A DNA stretch of 64,000 nt from an uncultured Gemmatimonadales bacterium (lineage in GTDB: Bacteria; Gemmatimonadota; Gemmatimonadetes; Longimicrobiales; Gaopeijiaceae), in assembly GCA_963809895.1 (NCBI GenBank), contig CAWELD010000003.1, positions 2,336,001-2,400,000 on the forward strand. Reading direction: 5' to 3'. Positions 21,022 to 29,524 of this stretch are shown here, in pieces. The notes under the pieces were generated by a model, which ran no database searches, was not told the origin of the DNA, and saw only the letters and a program-made list of their open reading frames with translations. Within the stretch, counting starts at the first letter, position 1. Each line of letters starts with the position of its first letter. Position numbers and translations under genes: made by a program.

Positions 21022-23982
21022 ATGAAGAGCTTCTTTCATTTCTCGGAGCGTTACGGCGGCCGTACCGGCGGCTATCGGGACCTGTGTCCCGAGCAGGTGC
21101 GCCGCGTGCTGTTCGTGTCGTCGCTCTACGAGTCCTTCATCCTGGCGGAGGACGGGCACCTCCACGAACGCGTCCTGGGCGAGTTCCTGGAGACCAGCCT
21201 CCGCCAGCCGCCGGACCTCATGCGCGTGTCCTCGGGGCGCGAGGCGCTGGACGTGCTGCGCCGGGACCGCCCCCGCGTGGACCTGGTGGTCACGAGTCCC
21301 CACGTGGGCGACATGGACGCGGCGGCGCTGGCTGCCGCCGTGGACGCCGAGGGCCTGGGGGTGCCGGTGGTGGTGCTCGCGTACACGGACCGCGAGCTCC
21401 GCACCTTCCAGACATCCACCGTCTCGGACCATCTGGCCGGCGCCTTCCTGTGGCAGGGCGACGGCCGCATCCTCCTGGCCATCGTCAAGAGCGTGGAGGA
21501 TCGCCTCAACGCGGAGCACGACACCCGCATCGGGGTGCCGGTCTTCCTGGTCGTGGAGGACAGCGTCCGCTACTACTCCTCGTTCCTGCCCGTCGTCTAC
21601 TCGGAGGTCCTGAACCTGAGTCAGTCGGTGCTGGCCGAGGCCGGCAACCGTCTGCAACGCTACCTCAGGCTGCGCGCCCGGCCCAAGATCCTCCTGTCCA
21701 CCACCTTCGAGGACGCCTTCGCCGACTTCACCGAGTACCGGGATCTGGTGATGGGCGTCATCGCCGACATCGAGTTCCCGCGAGGCGACGAGCTGTCTCC
21801 CACCGCGGGCATCGACCTCACCGGCGCCATCCGGGCGCTCCAGCCCGACGTGCCGGTGGTGCTGCAGTCGTCGAATCCCGAGAACCAGGCCGTGGCGCGG
21901 CGCCTGGGGGCGGGCTTCCTCCTGAAGGGCGCGCCGGACTTCCTCCTGCAGCTCCGACGCACGCTCACCGAGCACCTCTTCTTCGGGGACTTCGTCTTCC
22001 GCGATGCCGAGGGTGAGGAGATCGCCCGGGCCAGCGACCTGAAGACGCTGGTGCAGGAGCTGCGAGAGGTCCCTGCCGAGTCGCTGGCGTACCACGCCGT
22101 GCGCAACGACTTCTCGCGCTGGCTGCGAGCGCGTGCGGAATTCGGGCTGGCCGGAAAGCTCCAGCCCCGACGCCTGGAGGATTTCGCCTCCACGGAGGAC
22201 CTGCGCCAGGAGCTGATCCGCTCCATCGACGACTACCGGCGGGAGCGGAACCGGGGTACGGTGGCGCCGTTCCGCGCCGACCTCTTCGACGGTGAGGAGG
22301 GCATCGTCCAGATCGGTGGGGGCTCGCTGGGCGGCAAGGGGCGTGGTCTGGCCTTCGCGTCGCGCCTCCTGGACGAGGTGCGCCTGGCCGACCACTTCAC
22401 GGGCCTGCGCGTGGCGGTGCCTCCGGCGGTGGTGCTGGGCACCGGCGTGTTCGAGCGCTTCTTCGAGGACACCGAGCTGCGCGAGATGGCGCTGCAGTCG
22501 GAGGACGAAGACGAGACCCGGCACCGCATCCTGGCCACGCCGCTCCCCGCCGACGTGCGCGAGGCGCTGGCCCGGGTGGTGGCCGTCGTGGACCGCCCTC
22601 TGGCGGTGCGCTCCTCGAGTCTGCTGGAGGACTCTCCCCGGCATTCCTTCGCCGGCGTCTATCGGACCTGGTTGCTGCCCAACGACGATCCGGATCCCAG
22701 GACCCGGCGACTGCAGCTCGAGGAGGCGGTCAAGCGGGTCTACGCGTCGACCTTCTCGCGCCGGGCCCGGGCCTTCCTCGACGCCACGCCCTACCGCCTG
22801 GAGGAGGAGGCCATGGCGGTGGTCATCCAACGGCTGGTGGGCGGCAGGCACGGACAACACTTCTATCCGCACATCTCGGGCGTGGCCCGCTCCCGGAACT
22901 ACTACCCGTCGCCTCCCGCGCGGGTGGAAGACGGCATCTGCGCCGTGGCCCTCGGGCTCGGCAAGACCGTGGCCGAGGGCGAGCCCTGCCTGCGCTTCGC
23001 CCCACCGTATCCAGAGCACGTCATGGAGCTCTCCACCCTGGAGGGCATGCTGGACGCCACCCAGCGCACCTTCTGGGCCATGCGTCTCGGCAGCGAGCCT
23101 CCCCCCGGTGGCTGGGCCGACGACGGTCCGCTGGTCCGGCTCCCCCTCAAGGTGGCCGAGGCCGACGACACGCTGGCACCGGTGGCGTCCACCTATTCGG
23201 AGCAGAACCAGGCGGTCTACGACGGCCTGGGACGACCTGGCACCCGGCTCGTGACCTTCGCCCCCATCCTCAAGCATCGGGTCTTTCCCCTGCCCGCCGT
23301 GGTGCGCGAGCTCCTCATCGTGGGGATGGCGGGGACCCGCCTGCCCGTGGAGATCGAATTCGCGGTGGACCTGAACCCCGCCGACGGCGGCACCCCGGAA
23401 GTGGGATTCCTGCAACTCCGTCCGCTGTCGGCGACGCAGGACGACGAGGTGTCCATGCCGGATGTGGAGCCGGAGCGCATCCTGTGCGAGAGCCCGGCGG
23501 TCCTGGGCCACGGCCACACGCGGGAGATCCGTGACATCGTCGTGGTGGACCCCGCCGCCTTCCAGCGGGCCCGCAGCGCCGCCTGCGCGGAGGCCGTGGG
23601 GCAGTTCAACGCCCGCCTCACCCGCGAGGGACGTCCGTACGCGCTGGTGGGGGTCGGACGCTGGGGGTCGAGCCAGCCCTGGCTGGGGATCCCCGTACGA
23701 TGGGAGGACATCGCCGGAGCCCGGGTCATCGTGGAGGCGGGGCTCCGGGACATCCGGGTGACGCCGTCGCAGGGCACCCACTTCTTCCAGAACCTGGTGT
23801 CGCTCAACGTCGGCTATTTCACCGTCAACGCCGACGCCGGTGAGGGCCACGTGGACTGGGACTGGCTCATGGCCCAGGAACCGGACGAAGTGCGGGGATG
23901 CGTGCGCCTGATCCGGTTCGCCGATCCCCTGGAGGCCATCATGGACGGGCGCAACCGACGGGGGGTGTTGCTCAAGCCGTAG
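21022..23982 (+). CDS. Receiver-domain / PPDK_N ATP-grasp fusion protein ('PEP/pyruvate-binding domain' family), function unknown
   Basis: Two REC-like N-terminal domains; GGKGRGL, AVRSSSLLEDS..FAGVY, MAVVIQ, SGVA, GLG, EIEFAV, LQLRP; C-terminal SQGTHFFQN; no pyruvate-binding barrel. Confidence 0.85.
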   Translation: MKSFFHFSERYGGRTGGYRDLCPEQVRRVLFVSSLYESFILAEDGHLHERVLGEFLETSLRQPPDLMRVSSGREALDVLRRDRPRVDLVVTSPHVGDMDAAALAAAVDAEGLGVPVVVLAYTDRELRTFQTSTVSDHLAGAFLWQGDGRILLAIVKSVEDRLNAEHDTRIGVPVFLVVEDSVRYYSSFLPVVYSEVLNLSQSVLAEAGNRLQRYLRLRARPKILLSTTFEDAFADFTEYRDLVMGVIADIEFPRGDELSPTAGIDLTGAIRALQPDVPVVLQSSNPENQAVARRLGAGFLLKGAPDFLLQLRRTLTEHLFFGDFVFRDAEGEEIARASDLKTLVQELREVPAESLAYHAVRNDFSRWLRARAEFGLAGKLQPRRLEDFASTEDLRQELIRSIDDYRRERNRGTVAPFRADLFDGEEGIVQIGGGSLGGKGRGLAFASRLLDEVRLADHFTGLRVAVPPAVVLGTGVFERFFEDTELREMALQSEDEDETRHRILATPLPADVREALARVVAVVDRPLAVRSSSLLEDSPRHSFAGVYRTWLLPNDDPDPRTRRLQLEEAVKRVYASTFSRRARAFLDATPYRLEEEAMAVVIQRLVGGRHGQHFYPHISGVARSRNYYPSPPARVEDGICAVALGLGKTVAEGEPCLRFAPPYPEHVMELSTLEGMLDATQRTFWAMRLGSEPPPGGWADDGPLVRLPLKVAEADDTLAPVASTYSEQNQAVYDGLGRPGTRLVTFAPILKHRVFPLPAVVRELLIVGMAGTRLPVEIEFAVDLNPADGGTPEVGFLQLRPLSATQDDEVSMPDVEPERILCESPAVLGHGHTREIRDIVVVDPAAFQRARSAACAEAVGQFNARLTREGRPYALVGVGRWGSSQPWLGIPVRWEDIAGARVIVEAGLRDIRVTPSQGTHFFQNLVSLNVGYFTVNADAGEGHVDWDWLMAQEPDEVRGCVRLIRFADPLEAIMDGRNRRGVLLKP

Positions 23983-24062
23983 GCGCCAGAATACTGCCAC
24001 GGCCCGCACCCGATTATCTTTCGTTGCTGCCGAGGATTCACCAACACCGCGGACGATCCGTC

Positions 24063-25724
24063 ATGAACCGCATGCGCACGCTCGCCGCTGCCGCCTTTCT
24101 GGCGGCTGTGGCCGCCGGTTGCCGGGAGGCCCCGGAACCCACGGAGACCCCCATGGAGTCGACCTTCCAGGACAAGGTGGAGCAGTACGCCACCGTCCGA
24201 CTCACCGCCGACCTGAGCAAGCTCTCCGACGGGGATCAGGAGGTGGTTCGCCACCTGATCCAGGCCGTGGAGCCCATGGACGACGTCTTCTGGCACGAGG
24301 CCTGGGGCGACAAGAGCGCCCTCCTGGCCCGTGCGGGCGACGACCAGTGGCTGCGCCGGTACCTGGAGATCAACTACGGGCCGTGGGATCGGCTGGCCGA
24401 CAACGAGCCCTTCCTGGAGGGGGTGGGCCCCAAGCCCGCCGGCGCGCGCTTCTATCCCGAGGACATGACGGACGAGGAGTTCGACGCCGCCGCTGCGCAG
24501 GACTCGACCCTGCGGAGCCTCTACACCCTGGTGCGGCGCTCCGGGAACGGGGCGCTGGTGCCGGTACCGTACCACATCGCCTTCTCCGACCAGCATGCCA
24601 CGGCCGCCAACCATCTGAAGGCCGCGGCCCAGGTGGCCACGGACCCGGGCCTCAAGCGCTACCTGCAGCTCCGGGCCGAGGCGCTGCTGACCGACGACTA
24701 CCAGGAAAGCGACCTGGCCTGGATGGACATGAAGAACAACGCGGTGGACGTGGTCATCGGTCCCATCGAGACCTACGAAGACCAGCGCTACGGCTACAAG
24801 GCGGCGCACGAGGGCTTCGTGCTCATCAAGGACATGGACTGGAGCGCCCGCCTGCAACGCTTCGCCGCCCTGCTGCCCGATCTACAGCGGGCACTTCCGG
24901 TGGACGAGGCCTACAAGCAGGAGACCCCGGGCACAGACTCCGACCTGAACGCCTACGACGTGGTCTACTACGCCGGTGACGCCAACTCCGGCGCCAAGAC
25001 CATCGCCATCAACCTGCCCAACGACGAGGAGGTCCAGCTCGCCAGGGGCACGCGGCGCTTGCAGCTCGAGAACGCCATGCGGGCCAAGTTCGACAAGATC
25101 ATGGTGCCCATCGCCGACGAGCTCATCGCCGAAGACCAGCGCCAGCACGTCACCTTCGATGCCTTCTTCGCCAACACCATGTTCCACGAGGTGGCGCACG
25201 GCCTCGGCGTGAAGAACACCATCAACGGCCGCGGAACGGTGCGTACGGCGCTGCGCGAGCACGCCTCGGCCATGGAGGAGGGCAAGGCCGACGTCCTGGG
25301 TCTGTGGATGGTGACCCAGCTCCTGGACCAGGGCGAGATCACCCAGGGCACGCTCGAGGACTACTACGTCACCTTCCTGGCCGGGATCTTCCGCTCGGTG
25401 CGCTTCGGGGCCGCCGACGCCCACGGCCGCGCCAACATGGTCCGCTTCAGCTACTTCGAGGAGCAGGGAGCGTTCACCCGCGACGAGGCCACGGGCACCT
25501 ACCGGGTCGACATGGACCGCATGGGCCAGGCCGTCGACGGTCTGAGCGACCTCCTCCTGACGCTCCAGGGCGACGGCGACTACGCCGGTGTGGACCAGCT
25601 TCTCACCGAGAAGGGCGTGGTGCCTCCCCAGCTCCAGACCGATCTCGACCGGCTGGCCGACGAGGGCATCCCGGTGGACGTGGTCTTCGAGCAGGGTCCG
25701 TCGGTCCTCTTCGGCGGGAACTGA
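24063..25724 (+). CDS. Dipeptidyl-peptidase III-like (M49) Zn lipoprotein
   Basis: Lipobox AAGC; GPIETYED, AINLPND, HEVAHGLG, EEGKAD. Confidence 0.85.
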   Translation: MNRMRTLAAAAFLAAVAAGCREAPEPTETPMESTFQDKVEQYATVRLTADLSKLSDGDQEVVRHLIQAVEPMDDVFWHEAWGDKSALLARAGDDQWLRRYLEINYGPWDRLADNEPFLEGVGPKPAGARFYPEDMTDEEFDAAAAQDSTLRSLYTLVRRSGNGALVPVPYHIAFSDQHATAANHLKAAAQVATDPGLKRYLQLRAEALLTDDYQESDLAWMDMKNNAVDVVIGPIETYEDQRYGYKAAHEGFVLIKDMDWSARLQRFAALLPDLQRALPVDEAYKQETPGTDSDLNAYDVVYYAGDANSGAKTIAINLPNDEEVQLARGTRRLQLENAMRAKFDKIMVPIADELIAEDQRQHVTFDAFFANTMFHEVAHGLGVKNTINGRGTVRTALREHASAMEEGKADVLGLWMVTQLLDQGEITQGTLEDYYVTFLAGIFRSVRFGAADAHGRANMVRFSYFEEQGAFTRDEATGTYRVDMDRMGQAVDGLSDLLLTLQGDGDYAGVDQLLTEKGVVPPQLQTDLDRLADEGIPVDVVFEQGPSVLFGGN

Positions 25725-25781
25725 CCCCCGGGCTGGCCACCGCGAACGGCGTCGGCGCGAAGGTCCTGTCCCGAACGAGGC

Positions 25782-26183
25782 TCAGGCCGCCATGAGATCG
25801 GCCAGTGTGCGCCGCTCGAAGAACCGGATCACCGGCGCGCTGGCCTCCTTCCAGGCCCTGTGGGCCGGGCAGGACCCCACCTCGGAGCAGGCGCCCCTGC
25901 CCAGCAGGCAGCGGCGCCGCTCGTCGAGGCCGTCGAAGGGCTCCACCACGTCCAGCAGTCGGATCGAGCTCGCGTCGCGGGCCAGCCTGAAGCCTCCGCT
26001 CCGTCCGCGGTCCGAGAGCAGCACGCCGGCGCGTGCCAGGTCCCTCAGGATCTTGGACAGGTAGTTGGCCGGCACGTCCAGTGCCTCGGCCACTGCGGCC
26101 GCGGACACGCTCTCGTCCTCCTCGCCCTGCAACGCGATGTAGAGGACCGCGTTCAGCGCGTATCCCGCCGTCTTCGAGATCAT
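25782..26183 (-). CDS. Rrf2-family transcriptional regulator
   Basis: SKTAGYAL, YLSKIL..L..AG.L.S.RG.SGGF.L, C-x5-C-x5-C (CLLGRGACSEVGSC). Confidence 0.92.
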   Translation of the reverse strand: MISKTAGYALNAVLYIALQGEEDESVSAAAVAEALDVPANYLSKILRDLARAGVLLSDRGRSGGFRLARDASSIRLLDVVEPFDGLDERRRCLLGRGACSEVGSCPAHRAWKEASAPVIRFFERRTLADLMAA

Positions 26184-27608
26184 TCAGCTCACTCCGCCCC
26201 TGGTGAGTCGCTTGGTGAGGCGGTAGAGGAACTCCTGCCCCTCGTGGAACCAGTCCACCCGGATGCGCTCGTCCTGCCCGTGGGCACGCACGTCGTCCAC
26301 GTCGCCGAAGAGCCCGCTCACGCCGTACGTGGGTATACCCGCGTTGCGTAGCATGAGTCCATCCGTGGCACCGGTGAGCATCACGGGTACCACCGGGACA
26401 CCCGGCCACATCTCGCCGGTGACCTCCTCCACCGCGTCCATGAGCTCGGGGGTGAGGGGCGACGGCGGGCTCGGTCGGGCCCTCCCCTGCGGGGTCACCG
26501 TCACTTCGGATCCCGCCAGCTCCTGCAGGCGCGTGTGCACCAACTCCGGGTCCTCGTCGGGCAGCAGGCGGCAGTTGACCGTGGCCGTCGCCCGCTGCGG
26601 CAGCGCATTGGGCGCGTGACCACCCTCGAGCATGGTGGCGACGCAGGTGGTGCGCAGGCGACTGTTGTAGCCCGGCTGCTCGGACAGCACGGCCGCCGCC
26701 CGCTCGTCACCCGGGTCCGCCAGGATCCGCTCCATGGCGTCGCCGTCCCGACCTCCGACGATCTCGGCGGTGCGCCCGAAGTAGGCGCGGGTCACCTCGT
26801 TGAGCCGCACCGGGAACGCGTGGTCGGCCACCGCCAGGAGCGCCTGCGAGAGATCGTAGATGGCGTTCTTGCGAACCGGCAGTGAGCTGTGCCCGCCGGG
26901 GTTCGTCGCTTCGAAGGTGAACGACAGGTACATCTTCTCGCTGGCCTGGACGTTGTTGGACAGCCGGCGACCGTCCTGCCACGAGCCGCCCCCGCCTTCG
27001 TTCAGCGCGAAGCCCGCGTCGATGAGGTCGCGGTGGTTCGCCAGCAGCCACGACACCCCGTTGTTGCCGCCGCCCTCCTCGTCGGCGGTGAGCGCCACGA
27101 TGATGTCGCGGTCGGGCACCCAGCCCTCTTCCTTGAGCCGGATGAGGTTGGCCAGGTGGATGGCCGCCTCGTCCTTGTCGTCGGTGGTGCCTCGCCCGTA
27201 GTACCACCCGTCCTGCTCCACGAAGGTGAAGGGATCCAGGTTCCAGTCCGCGGGATCCGCTGGCACCACGTCGATGTGGGCCAGCAGGAGCAGGGGCTCC
27301 AACGAGGGATCCCGCCCGCGATAGCGCACCACGAGGTTGCCACGCAGCGGCGCCGATCCCCCCAGAAAGATGTCCTCTTCGGGAAAGCCGGCTGCCCTGG
27401 CGTGGGCCGCCATCGCCTCGGCGGCCGCCGTCGTGCTCCCGCTGGGAGCGTCGGTGTTGATCTCCACCAGCTCCCGCAGGAGGTCCCTGGCGACACCCCG
27501 CCACCGCTCCGGGGGCTGGGGAGGCGCGTCCTGCGCGGAAGCCCCCGCGGGGACGAGGATCAAGGTGAGCGAGAGGAGGGCCGCGGTGAAGCGAGGGGCG
27601 AGCGTCAT
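26184..27608 (-). CDS. M20/M25/M40 family metallopeptidase, exported
   Basis: Signal peptide; LAHIDVV, GRGTTDDK, ADEEGG, NEGGG, GGHSS, GATD, AHGQDERI; start at MTLAPRF. Confidence 0.92.
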   Translation of the reverse strand: MTLAPRFTAALLSLTLILVPAGASAQDAPPQPPERWRGVARDLLRELVEINTDAPSGSTTAAAEAMAAHARAAGFPEEDIFLGGSAPLRGNLVVRYRGRDPSLEPLLLLAHIDVVPADPADWNLDPFTFVEQDGWYYGRGTTDDKDEAAIHLANLIRLKEEGWVPDRDIIVALTADEEGGGNNGVSWLLANHRDLIDAGFALNEGGGGSWQDGRRLSNNVQASEKMYLSFTFEATNPGGHSSLPVRKNAIYDLSQALLAVADHAFPVRLNEVTRAYFGRTAEIVGGRDGDAMERILADPGDERAAAVLSEQPGYNSRLRTTCVATMLEGGHAPNALPQRATATVNCRLLPDEDPELVHTRLQELAGSEVTVTPQGRARPSPPSPLTPELMDAVEEVTGEMWPGVPVVPVMLTGATDGLMLRNAGIPTYGVSGLFGDVDDVRAHGQDERIRVDWFHEGQEFLYRLTKRLTRGGVS

Positions 27609-27789
27609 GGCGCGAATCCTGAGGACCTGGAACGAGTGGTGGCCCGGCGCGGCGGCGCACCGGCGGCGCCAACATAGGCCGCGAGGGCGGGCCGAGGAAG
27701 GCACCACGGCCCCGGCTTGCGAAAGGGCGCGCCCGAACCCCATGGTCAGGTGCTGTTCCCACTTCCGTTCACCGCTGGAAGGCCAGCCC

Positions 27790-28737
27790 ATGCGTACCCT
27801 CACTCTCCTCTCCGCCCTCCTCTTCATCGCGGCCTGCTCCGGCGGCGAATCCGGCGACGACCGCGCGCCGGCGACCGCTAGCGACCCGAGCCTCGAGCAC
27901 ATCGAGATCACGGGCTTCTCTGCACCGGAGTCGGTGCTGCACGACGCCGCGGCCGACGTCTACCTGGTCTCCAACATCAACGGGAACCCACTGGACAAGG
28001 ACGACAACGGCTTCATCAGCCGGGTCACGCCGGACGGGCACATCGAGACCCTCAAGTGGATCGACGGGAGCGGCTCGGGCGTCACGCTCAACGCACCCAA
28101 GGGGATGGCCATCCTGGGCGATACGCTGTACGTGGCCGACATCGACTGCGTCCGGTACTTCGTGCGGACCACCGGCGCGCCGGCGGGCTCGCTGTGCCTC
28201 GCCAACGCCACCTTCCTCAACGACATCGCGGTGGACCACAACAACGTCCTCTACGTGACCGACATGGGCATGAAGGCCGGCGAAGGCGGCATGACGGCCT
28301 CCGGGAGCGACGCCGTCTATCGCTTCCAGCCCGACGGTCGCTACGCCACCTTCTCCAAGGGACGCGAGCTGGGCAATCCCAACGGCATCGCCTTTCACGG
28401 GGGGCGCGGGCTGGTGGTGACCTACGGGAGCGGCGAGATCTATCAGTTGGCACCCGACGGCTCGACGCAGACCGTGCTCCCGGGCCGGGAAGGGCGCCAG
28501 CTCGACGGCATCGTCTTCATGGAAGACGGGGGATTCCTCTTCTCGAGCTGGGGTGACCGGGCGGTGCACATGGTCACGCCCTCGGGCTCGGTCACCCGGG
28601 TGCTCGACGACGTGGAGTCGCCGGCCGACATCGGCTTCGACGCCCAGCGCCGCCGCGTCCTGGTGCCGCTCCTCAACCTCGACACCGTGATCCTGCAGGA
28701 GCTGCCCGCCGACAGCGCGCAGGATCAGGGCATGTAA
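27790..28737 (+). CDS. SMP-30/gluconolactonase-like beta-propeller lipoprotein
   Basis: Lipobox IAAC; PESV, LNAPKGM, FLNDI, PNGI, LDGI, PADI blade repeats. Confidence 0.8.
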   Translation: MRTLTLLSALLFIAACSGGESGDDRAPATASDPSLEHIEITGFSAPESVLHDAAADVYLVSNINGNPLDKDDNGFISRVTPDGHIETLKWIDGSGSGVTLNAPKGMAILGDTLYVADIDCVRYFVRTTGAPAGSLCLANATFLNDIAVDHNNVLYVTDMGMKAGEGGMTASGSDAVYRFQPDGRYATFSKGRELGNPNGIAFHGGRGLVVTYGSGEIYQLAPDGSTQTVLPGREGRQLDGIVFMEDGGFLFSSWGDRAVHMVTPSGSVTRVLDDVESPADIGFDAQRRRVLVPLLNLDTVILQELPADSAQDQGM

Positions 28738-28738
28738 A

Positions 28739-29509
28739 GTGCCCCGGCGAGTGGAGGCCGGCACGGCGGGATTCAAGGACCACTTCTCCGGTGTCGCCCG
28801 GGACTACGCCCGCTACCGACCCACCTATCCCGAGGCCCTGTACGCCTGGCTGGCGGAGGTGGCCCCCCGGCGCGACCTCGCCTGGGACTGCGCCAGCGGA
28901 AACGGCCAGGTGGCCCGAGGCCTCACGCCGCACTTCAGGACCGTGGTGGCCTCCGATGGCAGCGCCGCCCAGCTCCGCGCCGCCGAGCCCGGGTCGTATC
29001 GTCGGGTGGCGTGCACGGCGGAGGCCGCCTGCCTGCGCGAGGGCATCGCCGATCTCATCACGGTGGGCCAGGCCACGCACTGGTTCGACGTGGAGCGCTT
29101 CTACGGGCAGGCACGCCAGGTGGCCCGACCCGGCGGCGTGCTCGCGCTCTGGTCCTACGCGCTGTGCAGGATCACGCCCGAGGTGGACCGGCTGGCCGAC
29201 GAGCTCCACGACGACATCCTGGGCACCTGGTGGCCGCGGGACCGCCACACCGTGACCGACGGCTACCGTTCGCTGCCCTTCCCCTTCGAGGACGAGATCG
29301 CCGCGCCCGGCTTCGCCATGGAGCAGCAGCTCAGCGGAGAAGACTTCCTCGGCTATCTGGGCACCTGGTCGTCCATGTCGGCCTACAGAAAGGCCACCGG
29401 CGAGGATCCGCTGGACACCTTTCGCCCCCGCCTGGAACGGGCCTGGGGCGGCCTCGAGCGCGTGCGCACCGCGAGCTGGCCCTTCGCGCTGCGTGTGGCC
29501 CGCCTGTGA
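28739..29509 (+). CDS. Class I SAM-dependent methyltransferase
   Basis: FKDHFS..A..YA.YRPTYP, AWDCASGNGQ, QATHWFD. Confidence 0.9.
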   Translation: MPRRVEAGTAGFKDHFSGVARDYARYRPTYPEALYAWLAEVAPRRDLAWDCASGNGQVARGLTPHFRTVVASDGSAAQLRAAEPGSYRRVACTAEAACLREGIADLITVGQATHWFDVERFYGQARQVARPGGVLALWSYALCRITPEVDRLADELHDDILGTWWPRDRHTVTDGYRSLPFPFEDEIAAPGFAMEQQLSGEDFLGYLGTWSSMSAYRKATGEDPLDTFRPRLERAWGGLERVRTASWPFALRVARL

Positions 29510-29524
29510 CCGCCTGCGCGCCGA

